A DNA stretch of 63,213 nucleotides, filler included, from Choristocarpus tenellus KU-1152 (taxonomy: Eukaryota > Protista > Phaeophyceae), in the NCBI GenBank assembly GCA_964200185.2. It is 11 parts of 11 records of this genome, joined end to end, with 100 filler letters (N's around TTAATTAATTAA, not from the genome) between each part and the next. Parts side by side here need not be neighbours in the genome. Positions count along the whole stretch, not along the records: positions 22,712 to 25,253 come from CAXNAD020026916.1; positions 25,354 to 27,957 come from CAXNAD020026348.1; positions 28,058 to 34,073 come from CAXNAD020009161.1; positions 34,174 to 39,332 come from CAXNAD020011667.1; 7 more parts are not named here. The stretch is one strand, 5' to 3'. Within the stretch, counting starts at the first letter, position 1; each line of letters opens with the position of its first letter. This document shows positions 24,365 to 37,764 of the stretch, in pieces. Under the pieces are notes generated by a model. That model did not search any database. It was not told where the DNA came from and saw only the letters and a program-made list of their open reading frames with translations. The translations under genes and the position numbers were made by a program.

Positions 24365-25659
24365 CCAAACCATCGTCCTCGACTTACCACAAAACTCAAT
24401 CGAGATCTCATATCCCCTATAGAGAAAGGGGCGCATATGATGGTATGTGCATGTGGAGAGATGTGTTGACCAACATCACAAGAAACGTTCAGTATCCCTT
24501 CCACCACAAAATCCATTGTACACATTAGTTTACCGTTCGACAGAACATGTCAATTTTGGTACATACATGCGCCAATAGTGTCAGGGGCGACACCCACCAT
24601 GCACCTGTCATCTGTTTCCCCGAAAAAATTCAGATCAAAACACACACTCTACCGTTCGACAAACTACCCCCATTCACTTCGTCCTACATGCTTCATCATA
24701 CGTTTTTGTAACCTTTTTTATGTGGCTCATGATTGACCGCATGTGCGATGCATACCTTTTCAGGATATTCTAATCCGGGCGGTTTCGGTTCTAGATGTAT
24801 CAAACACACCCTTCGCCATGCTTTCAAAGTGGGGTGTCATCCAACACGGCCGTATTCCGTGGAACACTTCATGACCAAACATCGTGCAAGCCCCTTCCCC
24901 CGAAGAAAGATGCAGTAGTACCTATGTTCGCATCATGAGGATCGATCACTAATGTCAAAGGGAAACAAACCCACCCAACTCATACCATAACCTCCTTTGG
25001 ATCCCACTCAGGAAACGGGGACTAAAGAGACTGCCCAAGACCAGTGCCGTGCCCGTTCGTGGAAGAAATCCAAAACGGACCAGATCATGGACCTCTTCCT
25101 CTCCATATTTGTCTACCACAATGGTCCAGAAGAGATGGAAGGAAGTAGTCGCACTTGGAACGACCTTGCCTCTTGTTTGTTAGATGAGAAAAGCTGATGG
25201 GTCAAAGTATCTGGATTGTCGTCTAATTAAGTGGGAAATGAGGCTGAGTTGAGNNNNNNNNNNNNNNNNNNNNNNNNNNNNNNNNNNNNNNNNNNNNTTA
25301 ATTAATTAANNNNNNNNNNNNNNNNNNNNNNNNNNNNNNNNNNNNNNNNNNNNCGCAATGCTCACCGTCCCAGAATGTACAAGTCAAGTCCAATTCCCAG
25401 ATTATCGAACGTCAGCTCAGCAGAACAGGGGTACTCTCAAATGAATCAATCAGTATAAGAAATGTGTATATATTGGTATCAGATAAGAGTGAGGTTATGT
25501 GGGTCTTTTTAGGTCAGAAGAACTGAGCCGATTTTAGCTGTTTTTAAGAACTCTAATCATCATTTACTGTGTTTGGGGTTTATTCGGGTTTACAAATACT
25601 GGCATATATCTGAGAACCCTTTCCGACCATCCATCCGTGACCCTCTGCAACTACCCAAG

Positions 25660-25738
25660 TTACACTTTATTCTGCAACTTTTAGGCAAATCGGAGTTCCC
25701 CCTTTTGGGGTTCCCCACGCGCATATACTGCTCGCGCT
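25660..25738 (+). repeat. Dispersed repeat fragment, homologous to 35178-35247
   Basis: Shared ttacact..gcaaatcg.a.ttcc...ggggttcc(c)acgcgca..ata..gctcgc.ct. Confidence 0.65.
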
Positions 25739-26797
25739 ATTCGCCTGTAACATACCCCCCAGCGCGAACTAGGTATACATGTTTCACGCTTACCACAGGC
25801 GATTGTCACCGGTTAAGACAATAGATATTACTTGTCACCTCAGATCACGCTCTAGCAGCATGAATTAGTTACCATCACACAAAAGAGGGACCCCAGTTCC
25901 AACTTGTCAGTTGTTTCCAACCCAGGGATCTCGGTTCCAAATTCCAGATAGTTCCAACCAATGATTTGACGTATGTCCCAGTTTCTTCTTGAGAATATTT
26001 CCTCAAAAGTCTTAAGACAGTCAAAATCACTAAATGCCTGAGCTAATCAGAGTATATATTTTTATTAGAAATATATAACTTCAACTAGGTCCAGAATCGA
26101 TCAACACATATCCATGTTCTTCTTGGGATAATTTATCCTAAGAGGCCCAGAATATTATAATTTGCATCTCGGCTAGTCTGAGTATGTACTTGCTCTTTCT
26201 AAAACATCTTCCGAAATTGCAAAGTATTCATCTCTGACATGGCCTAAAATGAATGGGACCCCAGTTCCGATCACCTCGATCATAAATGATCATCTCCACA
26301 ATTCTTTTGAAAAGAGTCCATCCACAAGGTCATAGGATGTACTCGTTTCAAATTGTGTCTGCCTAATCTAAATATTTCTGTTCTTTTGGACTCGGACTTC
26401 AGGATAACAAAATGAAGAAAATAAAAAAATAAAAAAATAAACAAAAGAATAATGTATCCTATAGACATCATCAATCGCCTCAAATCATCCTGTAGCAGGG
26501 AGAAGGAAGAGCAGAAAAATATGCCAAACTTCTACTAGGCCTAAACATGTATCCTTATCCTACTTGGGGAAATCTGTCTGCGTCTAGCCTAATTCTGAGG
26601 ATATATCCATTCTTTCTAAGGTACAGCTTTCCTAGAGTGCCAAGTATCATCCAATTATTGCCTGTCTCATGCCCCCCAGCACGAAGCATACTGACGGCTG
26701 CTAGTGCGTAAAACAGGCCATAACATCAAGGTCAGCCAATAAATTGGTTAGTCCTCACGTACCTTGCCTTCTGGATGCGTAGTGGTTACCTGTTGGA

Positions 26798-27900
26798 TTA
26801 TTTTCGGGAGAAACGACCCATTTCACTTTTGTCCATTTCTTCCCAATCCCCACCATTAAACCGTACTCTCCAGTAGGGTGACTTGAAGTCAAAACCTGTA
26901 CCTATGTACCACTTATCCTTTCCCTTCTCGTCTTTCCATGACTTATTGACAGTAGTACCTGCGGAGAAAAGGCGTAATGCATCCTCTCTAGACAAGGATT
27001 TTCCTTGGCGGGAGGTGTCAGTAGGGCATGGGCTCGTGTCTGGATTATAGAGGTCCCAGAGGGCATGGAAGACATCTAACTGTAGTGGAGTGAAGCTATC
27101 CATAGCCTCTCTCTCGGTAATCCAATCTGACAATGCTCCATGCTGGTACTTTCCCCTGTACTTCAAATGCCGGATATTGGATGGCGACAGTATTGCTTTT
27201 CTGGTAATAAGAGTGTATGTGGGGGTTGCTACCACAGATTGCTCTGACAAGCCTAGGTCCGACTCATACTAGTTGAGCATACTCCTCTTGGAAGCTATGT
27301 CTTAAATGAGTGGGTCGTACGTGGAATGGTTTTACATGAGAAGCATGAACAGTACGAGTGCGAGTTTGCCTGCCTAGCAGCTCTACTGTCATGCTACTAC
27401 TTTGATGCGATATCTCTTTCAGTCCATGGTCCTGTCCATCTTTCATGAACTAGCTTTCTGCCTACTCTCGTCTCACCCAATCTTTCCCCATGAATAGAGC
27501 TGTCTGATTCTTTTACTAGGACTAGGTCACCTGTGTTGGATCCGAGCCCTGGGGAAGACCTAGTAATCAAAGCATTGGCTCTGTTTCTGTGCTTCTGTCT
27601 ATGAGACATCCTTTTCTCCAGGACTTCTCGTACCTCTCTGAAGTTCTGTCTACGCTGCTAGATGAAGGAGTCCAATCCTCCAACCTCTGAGTCCCCATCC
27701 AACTTCGGTATGACGGCGTCTAGCTGTGTGCGGGGGTCACGGCCAAACAAGATTCGGGAGGGGGTGGGGTTGAGTGGTTCAGAGGGATCTGGGGTGGTGC
27801 GTTGTGCCCAGCATGCTGGAGATACATACTCATCCCATCTATCTGACCACTCCACACACAGTTCCGACAGGACTTCTAAAAGCAGGCTGTTCGTAGATAG
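26798..27900 (-). mobile_element. Decayed Gypsy integrase C-terminal region with chromo-like and Tudor-like extensions
   Basis: WDEYVSPACWAQRTTP...TPSRILFGRDPR, GDLVLVK, ERWTGPW, VHASHVKPF (GPY/F region), then YRGKY..SDWITE and GTTVNKSW..WYIG..FDF..YWRVRF.GGDWEEM. Frameshifted. Confidence 0.85.
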
Positions 27901-28230
27901 TGCTGCTGGTACACTATAGACACCACTGGTGGAGTAGATTAGGAAATGCAGACACCANNNNNNNNNNNNNNNNNNNNNNNNNNNNNNNNNNNNNNNNNNN
28001 NTTAATTAATTAANNNNNNNNNNNNNNNNNNNNNNNNNNNNNNNNNNNNNNNNNNNNCCCCCCAGATACTTTGGGTCCATAGCACCCCCAGTCCCTGCGG
28101 CTAGTATGTATGTAGTGTGCGCAAAGTTTTTCTTAATAAAATAAATCATGACAAGACTACACTGACAAATCAAATTTTGATCACATGAAAAACACATGTT
28201 TACACGAGTATGTTTTACACATACACATAC

Positions 28231-29698
28231 CTCATTGATCGTCAAGTTACTCTGCACCACAAACATCACACTGCCCCTAGGTACAGTGTTGCCCACAAGG
28301 GATATCCCAGTCAGATCCACGTCCGCATCCAAAAGAAACCTTTTCAGTATACAAAGCAGCAGCATGGTATTTGAACCAATAAAATACCAAAGAGAACATA
28401 AGGGAACTGATCAAGGTGTGCACACGTATATTTATGTACAGGAGATAAGTCTATAGGGGGGAAACTGAAGGAGGCGTCCAGAGAGGGCGAGGGATAAGAG
28501 ACACAAACTCCTCACCAATGAATTATCAATGTTGTGTTGCTCATGTGGTCCTTCAGCAGTATTGGCAGTGGCCAAGGAATACATCTTATATTGATTACAA
28601 GTTTGCGGTATGCTAATAATATTTGTTTCAATGCTCAGTAATAGTGCACATTCTTTGTCCATGCGGCTCCACCACAATAAGGATAGCAAGAAAGACCAGG
28701 AAAATGGTCTTGCGACTAACTAGCACCGCAGGAGATTGAATGTAGATCCACTCCAAGAACAAAAGGTAGTCCCCGGTACAACCATTAATATCACTCCCTG
28801 ACCAGCAGTTACATCCATTTTCCACTCTCCAATAGTACAAGACTAAATGAATATCCTTGCAATAACAAGGATCACACTACTTCAAGTGCTATATCTTTCT
28901 AAATTATTTCAAAATACATCATAGAAATGTGCAACACACGGAAACAACATGCGTAGTTTCCTTCCTTTCCCTTCCCCTCTGTAGCCCCTCACATGGCACC
29001 CCCAAGAATAGCAGAGTTATTGACACAGCTACAAGCCCAGTCTGCTCCAGCTTCCTTGAGCGCGTAAAGGGCACCTCCATTAATCGCATTGTGATCTTCA
29101 ATGACAGCGCCCTGACAACTGACTCTAGAACCCTCAACATACATGAAGCCTCCAGCGCGCCCAAAGTTATCTCTGAAGACACCCCCCGTGATCTGCAGAG
29201 AAAAAATGGCACAGGATTGATTAAAGGGGTTGTGCATAGTTTGTGATGACTATAGCTTAGTCACGATGTTGGGTAAGAGGGCACACTTTCTCGGGTATGG
29301 TCCATCTGCATCTCGAAAAGATATCTCATTGGTATGAAAAATCATGAGTTAACCCCAATCTCAATCGTGAATTGTGCTTAAAAGTACATGGTGCTTTGTG
29401 ATACTTCTACCACCTACATGCCAACACAACATGTGCTGCAGAAAATCAAACATCAAACATAAAATAATCGGGCAGCAACACCAAATACCCTCCTGTGAGA
29501 AGAAAACAAAGAAGCTCAAGGCCAAAAATATTTGATGAGGTCTTCCTTCCCCCCCAAAAACATCACGGGTCTAAAACGACACCACATCCCACTGCAAACA
29601 CAAGAAAAAACTTGTCAGCGGTCATACTTGAAGACTAATTTCTGTTATATGAACATAAATAGACAATAGTATATGAAACCACAACACAAATATATATA

Positions 29699-29734
<36 letters not shown>

Positions 29735-32700
29735 TGTATGTTCACCTACCTAGAATCCTCCACCTGTCTTCAACACACATCCAAGCTCATCGCTCACTAT
29801 CCTCCAAAAGCAACAGTACTCTTACCAGAAGAACACCTATCACACTATTTTTTTTACAAAAGCCTATATAATTCAGTAGAAATAACTACAGCCTACATAG
29901 CATTACGATCTGAATTGTTATAAAACTCTTACATACTTCGGCAGGGATAACTGAACCACAAGAGAGCATGAAACCCGTGAATATCAAGAATGTACCACCC
30001 ACCACCCACCCTCCCATCCCGTCCCCTGCACTCACATTGAAGTCGACCTCCTGCCCTACAAAGAAATTAACCCTAACCCTAACCCTACAAAGAAATTCCC
30101 TCCGCTATCTGTGGCTTCGTTATTCTCAAAATGTCCCCCTGACACCAGCACAGCGGATCCACCTGAGGCATACAAACACCCACCATTACCACCTGAAATG
30201 TTGTCCCTGAACTCCCCCCCCTTAATGTGGTACCTGGAGCTTTCAGAGCAAAAGAACACCCCTGCATTCTCTTTTGAAGCAGAGTTACCAATAAACCATC
30301 CAGATTGGATCTCCACTCGCCCCTTGGACCACATGACGCCACCAACCTATTGAAGGAGGGGTTTGGTGAAGGAACATGGGGAGGGGGAGATGGGTGAAGT
30401 GGGATCTGTAAGGGACGGAGGGGGGAAGTGGGGGTTTTGAGTAGCCTTATATCTCATACTGCTGGCCATCATTGACTCTGCAGGGTGCAGGGCGGGGCAG
30501 GGTTCACAATTATGAGCAGCAGCACTATTGTGGCTACAGGAAGGTGGATTGACTGAAGGTATACTGCCTAGACACGAACTTTAAGAAGGAAATTTCAAAC
30601 CTTGTAAAAGACTTTCCCCACCAATAGAGAAATTTAAATGTGAAGCAGTGCGCATTATCAACAGCTCAATGAAATGGTGAGTGATTTCTACAAATACAGT
30701 AGCAGGCTGAAGCTCTAGGAAACATTTAAGTTCTTGAAGAAATCAGCGTAGAAACAGCCTTAAATATTACGCAAATTCGAGAGTGGAACTGAGAAAGTAC
30801 AGAAGAAATTTATTTGGAGTAAAAGATACTAACACAAGCTCCTTGAGGAAACCACAACCGCAGAAAGGTTTTTCAGGTCAGGTCAGGTCAGTTCTTCCTT
30901 TTCACCAACAGACAACAACGAAAAGAGGACTGAAAGAGAAGGGTGGGGAAAAAGGGTGGGGGGGGGGACATCCTCACCTCATTTGCAACATTTTCTTGGA
31001 ATGTACTGTTCACCAAAGTGACCTCAGAACCCTCTGAAGTGGACAAAGCACCTCCACGATCAAAGCAATAATTACCTCTGAAGCTAGAGGACGCCACACT
31101 GAGGATAGAGTTGTCGCTCACAACCAAAGCGCCGCCGTTGCTCCCCAATGCCAGGTTCTCGACAAACTCAGAAGTTTGCACGTAGACATTTGACCCATCT
31201 CCACCCGATATCGCCCCACCCTATCAAGAAAACAACAGGGGTGGGGCCATACTGAGGAGAATAGATTGGCGTAGAGGGGACAGATACGTGGGGGACGGGT
31301 TACCTGCGTTTGGAATCCTTTGTCAGAGGTGTTGCAGAGAAGGTCAGTCAGGTACTTCCATGTGTGTACCAAAAAAAAGGTATGAGTAGAGACCTGTGAG
31401 GTGGGTATTTTTCAAAGCATATGTAGCACCTGTGCTCACCGCATCACCACTCCGACCAACTCCCACACACTGCCTTCAACTAACACCTTGAAACTTGACC
31501 ATTTATCATATTATTTAGAGGAAACACAATTTTATCATGCGTACGTACACAAGCCAAGCACACCATGAGGGCTCCTATGAAACAGATCGTAATTATGAAA
31601 AACAGAAACAGAATAAGGACTTCAATGTTGTCGAGGTACTATTAAAGGGATCACCTTGTATATAGTATAGATACAAATGTTGCATCACCAACTATTGAAT
31701 AACGTTTTTCAAGCAGATCAATGCAGCGAATATTTTAATCCCACTGTTGTAAGCACTCTTTCATACCCTAAGTCCACTATGCCAGACAAAATACTTTAGA
31801 GTATGCTCCAACGTAGAGACAGTTGCAACACCAAGTTCCATCCCTGCTTGCATTTGCAAACCACAACACACCAAAAACACATTCGCAACCACCTAGGTGG
31901 AGTCAACCTAGAAAAATTATATTTGTTCACACCACCACCCTCTCCTTATGATCCCCACCACTGCCACCACCCCATACACTTGCCTTATCACCTGCAATGT
32001 TCTTTTCAAAAATGCTTCCCTGAATGAACAGATAGGAATCTCCCGCAACAGATGCAGCCCCACCCTCCCCCTGAACAAAATCCTCCCCAATCTCAACCGA
32101 TGGGTCAGCAAAGCCTGCCCTATTGGACAGGAACTTACATCTGGTGCCAAATAAAAAGGAAAAGGAATACGAAGCACACAAATTAGAGCAGTAGTGATTG
32201 ATATGCATTTGGAAGGGCATTCTGATGGAGGGTTAAGGGGATGTAAACAGTCCAAGAAGAAAAGGAGATATATTACACCAGTACCTTGTGTACTCTCACG
32301 GTGCAATACAATCAAGAACATAAAACATAGAACTAAATTGTAAACTGACAATCAAAAGCATAATGAAGTGATGTACTCACCCATCAGCTACCACCCATGT
32401 CCCACTGCCCCCAACATCAAGGGCGCCACCCTTGTTGGAAGAGTTGTTGTTCTCGAACAATGAAGAGGAGACTGTACAATTTCCTCCGTCATAGCCTTCA
32501 AAGCAGTCCGACATCACAAGGCCACCACCAGCACCAATGGGGTCCTCTTTTGCAACAGGGCAACAGAAATGAGGGTGGGGTGGTTCAATGGAAATAATCT
32601 CTTCCATGCATGTATCATGAATAATTTTTTCATACGAGGACGAAAGATTGGGACTTGAGTGCGTCCAGGAGAGACGACGTTTAGGTACGCCGTGCACGTT

Positions 32701-33910
32701 TCTCTAGTGTCTATGTGTATTTTATTTTCACAATTATATCTCTATTGGTAAAATTACTGTTCCAATATCACCTTCTTCGTCAGTCAACCCTCCACCCACA
32801 TTGTTGAGAATAAAAGTTGTATTTGAGACGGAGAAGTTTCCATTAACAAGGGATGCCCCACCACCTTTGTTTCCAGCATAGCAATCCTCAAACAAGGAGT
32901 TCGTAATCAGGCACTTTCCCGTTGCCACCTGTGTGCAAGGGTGTGTATGTGTTTGTGTAGCAAAAATGGATTCAATGACAAGCGGGGGGAATGAGGTCGT
33001 AGGCTATCGGTTGTTGAACCTACTCTGTTAGTCTTAGCTCTCAGGGTGCAGAGTTCGCAGCTGCAAAACAAGCAGGGAGTGAAGCTAGAGAGAGTACAAT
33101 CCTCTTAAGCAACACCCAGCAATGGTGGGGACAATCGATAGATATGTGCATTCAAGTAAATGTCAAAGTGTGTAGGGACTAGGTAGTTGAACAGTTGAGA
33201 CGATGTTCGACCAGAAATAATTTTACACAACATCGCACCTTGATACCTCCACCATCCCCAACAGCGTCCTCATCTCCCACAGCAGGTTCTATGCCCGCCC
33301 AACACCTTAGAAACACGCTTTTCTCAACGACCACGGCGGAATCGTTGGTTGCCGAGATACAACCCCCATCAATGTCTGCCCGATTACCTTCAAATAGACA
33401 ACCTGTTGCATTCAAAGACCCCTCAGACACAAAAACTGCACCTCCCTCCCCCGTGAATTTTTTTGTCGGAATATTTGTTGCTTTGCCGTTCTTAAGCGTA
33501 ACACCCTCCAGGTTGAGGTAACCTCCTTCCCCCACCTCGAACAGTCTAATGGAGGAATTGCCATCCACTGCTGCCAAGTCGTCTCCACCGGTGATTTCCA
33601 GGCGAGTACCTGCTCCCACTACAATAGTGGAATTAATCACCACAGACCCGAACCACTCGGCGGTGACCGATCCTGCAGCACAGTTCACGCTCAAGGCCAA
33701 GGTATCGGCATCCATAGGTGAGCTGACTGTGGCGAATTGTGCCGATGGGATACATGGTTCGAGCGACATTGCACCTCCTAGATGAAGTAGAAAAGTGAAG
33801 GCGGCCAGGAATTGGGAAGCAAGGCCTTGACGGCATTCATATTGCCTAGTGCCCAGCAGACGTGATCTCTCTTTTTTCCCCTCAACAAAGCCATAGGGCT
33901 GATTGGACAT
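28231..33910 (-). CDS. Secreted polymorphic-membrane-protein-like (GGA[ILV]/FxxN repeat) parallel beta-helix protein; 3'-partial; exon 6 carries a 29-bp frameshifting insertion
   Basis: Exons 33910-33239, 32928-32772, 32546-32381, 32140-31984 (GC donor), 31220-30978, 30346-30036, 29192-28993, 28339-28231. All are phase-compatible once 29 nt are removed from exon 6. Recurrent FEGN..DGG, FENN..KGGAL, FVEN..NGGAL, FRGN..RGGAL repeats; N-terminal hydrophobic segment. Confidence 0.85.
30054..30097 (-). repeat. Telomeric-repeat insertion (14 nt) between perfect 15-bp direct repeats inside an exon
   Basis: ccctacaaagaaatt (30054-30068) + aaccctaaccctaa (30069-30082) + ccctacaaagaaatt (30083-30097). 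Confidence 0.95.
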
Positions 33911-34641
33911 CGTCCAATTCGTGCTCGTTATATGTTGACTCTTGATGTTCAATAGCAGCTCACACAACTAGATGGCGATGTCTTAGGGAGAACGACGTTC
34001 GTGGTGTTAAAGTATCCCCAAAATCATCAAAGAACATAAAGGTGATAAACCTGGCGAGATTGCTTGGTGTCTGNNNNNNNNNNNNNNNNNNNNNNNNNNN
34101 NNNNNNNNNNNNNNNNNTTAATTAATTAANNNNNNNNNNNNNNNNNNNNNNNNNNNNNNNNNNNNNNNNNNNNCCCCCCCCCCCCCCCAGATATGTTGGG
34201 CCACACCCTGCCGAGGTCGACCGCACATTTGAGTTGATATCAATCTCTAGATTACAATTCCGCACTCTCTCCTTCATCCTCTTGGCAAAACATATAGATT
34301 CAATCACCCCTCTCCCAACCTACAATTGTTCCTCTTTCCCCCCCAACAGTTTTGGTCACTTCTTGCGGGGGTATAGGCTTATGTTTGTCTAAGTTTAAAA
34401 AAAAAAACATGACCTGGCTCAATTCCCTTGGTCGGGTCTGCTACCCTTTTTGGAAGAAAGGATCTCTTGGTTCTCTCAAATTGTTGTAATGACATCTTCT
34501 CCTTCTTCATCCCCCTTTCTTCTCTCTCCTTGTCCTTTCCCTCTCCTTCCTTTCCCTCGCCGTTCCTTTGAGTTTTCCTCCTCTTCTATTGCCCATTCTA
34601 TCTCCTCTTGAACTTGACTAACCTATATCTCCATCTGCTGA

Positions 34642-34882
34642 GAGTCAAAGTAAACGAGAGAAGGTAACCAGAGTTGCATTTTGAGTATGGTACCGATTGT
34701 GAGCAAAATTCGTCTAATCTTACAAATGCGTATAGATTATTTTGTTGTGTCGAAACTTTTTGAACAATAGAGAAATCAACGTTCTCAAGTCAAACTTAGC
34801 ACACCATCTATATAGACAGAGGTGAATTGCGAAAGATGAAGAAAAATGACTTAAGATTGAAAAGCCTAAACCTGGGTACCTC
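34642..34882 (-). mobile_element. MITE family C, diverged inverted copy
   Basis: Starts gagtcaaagtaaacg; its reverse complement matches the interior of 1985-2242. Confidence 0.7.
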
Positions 34883-36472
34883 TGATACAGCATGCTACAA
34901 AGCTTACCTCCACTGAATGCATAGCTCCAGTCAACAAGCCTATGGATGGCGCTGATGAACGTATAGGACTCCTGAGGCACGAAGATAGTCGAAGGTCCAG
35001 CGAGGATGGTGGGTACCAGGTCAGGAGATGAAGGTATAGTCCCTTTCAATGTAAGTGTACGAGAATAGGAATAAGACTGAAAGCAAGGGCTGTCTTCACC
35101 CGTTAAATCTATTCTTAGCGAGTTCACAGACGCCGCAATACACCTGAAAACCATTACTTTATTGTAAGTTTCAGACCTTACACTGTAACTATAGCAAATC
35201 GAACTTCCTCAATTGGGGGTTCCACGCGCACGGATACAGCTCGCACTGGTTAGAGTGTTAGAGCATAGAGTATAACCCTGTGGCTGACTACCTGCTCGGT
35301 AGCACAGGGGCTTACTATAAATTCTAAAATAGGGTGCAGGAAGAAATATTTGGTCACTTTTCGCCAGTAACACCTCTTGTTTACCTTTTTGCTCTGAAGG
35401 GGTTCGTATCTGGATCAAGTTTGGCCTCGTCCATTCTTCCACTATTGCTTCCTCCTCCCTCCCCCGTTCACCCCCTGATCATCCAAGCAGGTCCACCCAA
35501 TGAGAAGGACGAGGTGTTGTCTCCTGATTTCCAGATTCCGCCACACCAGTCCAGAGATTGCTCAGAGTTTGCCTTGGTCCTGTCGCCTTGGTCCTGTCGC
35601 CTTAGTCCTTCTTCCCCCGCATTTGACTTTGACCCACTCAATATCTCATTAATTTATGGTATCATCCCTATCTTTTTTTTCTTCTGTTGACGTCATTTCA
35701 GCTAGTGTACTCGTGTCCCATGGCGAATTCTTTTTCGTAACACTCAGATTACTTCGTATCCTTTCCCATTACATATATATATGTGTGTGTGTGTGTGTCA
35801 CATTATCTAATATAATACGGTACCACAACGTAGAGACAGAAATGAAGAATCTTTTTTATTTAATGCATGGGAATGGCATGCAACACATATCTCCGTAGTA
35901 AAATAAAATAATTTTGGGTGGAATGGTTCATTGTCTTTCAAACATCAGGTGTCGATTACCACTTCGTCAGGATTTGGGGAGATCGTTTTGTAAATCCTGT
36001 CCAGATTTGGGGAAATCCGTATCACGACAAGTGTTGTCTAGGCATCCTCCACTCCCTCGTTACGCCTACGATAGTGAAGAGTGTATCATGTCTTCTGGGA
36101 AGACATATTCCTTACGTATAGGCTGTCTCCTTCATGTGTCGAACACCGTTGCGAGTTCACGGCCAAGTATGTGCACTGCGCTGGTCCTTCTGGGACAGGT
36201 TCTTGGCACAGCATGCGGTCACACCCGCTTTTTATCGTCATGGGTTCCAGATCGTATGTCATGAGTAGACCTGCAGGTGGGACGAGGGTATTGTGGTAAA
36301 AGGCAGCTCTGAAGTATTTCAAACCAGGTGTGGAAGATAAGATTTATTCGCCCTGCAGAGACCAGGTTGGTCATGTTCGATGAAGCAGTGATTCTGTGTG
36401 AGAGGTAGGATACACTTATGAAGATTATAGCCTTCATTGCCAGCACCTACTCCGGCACCTACCTGAAGAAAC

Positions 36473-36760
36473 GAGTCAAATGTCTTAGAGGGTAGAACCG
36501 CGTCTGTTTGGGGGCCAAGATCCACTGTTACGAATTTGATTAAATTTTGACCGTCGTATTTGTTAGGAAGTGTCAATATCCTTGTTTCGTACACAACTTT
36601 TCATAACGTATAAGCACTACCAATACCCGCACAAGTGTCGTAACATAAGCTCTCTGATAATATATACATTGTGAAATAAGACCCAAAAATATTGCTGCTT
36701 TTCCCAGTTTTCTACAAAATTTCAACCCCACCCCAACGATCCTAAAAAAATATAATAGGT
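36473..36760 (-). mobile_element. Diverged MITE family B-related copy
   Basis: gagtcaaatgtcttagagggtagaaccgcgtctgtttggggg matches the family-B end. Far boundary approximate. Confidence 0.6.
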
Positions 36761-37764
36761 TCATAGCATGTACTACTGATCAATGCTGGACAAAGCATGC
36801 AATCGTTCTACGGAGTATATAGTTAGGCTATCTTCATGAAGACAGTTTCGTCACTTTTGCTCGAGTGGGCCTTCAACTAGTTGAGAGGAGTGTCGAAGAA
36901 TGTGGTGTTGCTTAAAAAGCGTAAGAGGAAGAGTCTAGTCTTTGGTAATCTTCCGACAGGATCTTGATTGCACGAGGCTGCAGGCTTTGGTTTCGATCTG
37001 CTGTGTCATGTAAAATCTTTGCAGATGCACCTTACACCGATTTTGCGATAGAGGCTTAAATGCATACACGAGGAAGTGGGAAAACTGAAAGCCTCAAGAG
37101 AGCCTCAAAACCAACAAGGTTCAAACCAAGGATGTAGTTCACTGAGAGAAAGGAGAAGAGTTGAGTGAAGACGTACAACCTATGGGAAGTGATCGTGCGT
37201 TGCAGAGTCGAGAGGGTGAGGGACTATCTTTCTCGCTTGGCTCCTTCTCTGCAGAGGTCATAATCGATTTCCTGAAGTCTTTCCCATCTTTGTATAAGAA
37301 GTTATGTAGCACCACTGACCCGACTTTTAATCTGTTTTTTCGTTGTTTCTCCCCATATCCACTTCTTCCAGTCCATTGGAGTTTGGTGTTGATTACGTGC
37401 TGACGTACACTGCTGTTTGTGTCAGTATGGAAGAAGAGAGAAGAAAGAGATGGGAGCCTCACATGATTCCCCTTTGCTGAAACGTGATGAGATGGTTGAA
37501 AAGAAAAGAAGTGTATTATTGTAGATGGTGGGGGGCTTGGTTAGCACCTGTTATTTGTAGAAAGAAATTACTGAAAATGAAGCACTTGTAACGTTCCTAG
37601 AAAACTCCATCACGATATAGAAAAATGTGCCGAACATACACACTTTCAATCTATCACTTGTCAATAAAAAAACGCTAAGACATTAACCATTGTCCCGAAT
37701 GTTTTCGTTTACGTTATTACCATAATCCTTAATCTTATTATGTACAGATTAGATATCTGTGTGT

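Noticed and set aside
37691-37704. aacattcgggaca as a TSD partner of the RPB8/LINE junction aacattcaggaca
   Set aside because: It lies ~60 nt beyond the tail and is not followed by the RPB8 C-terminus; not convincing.
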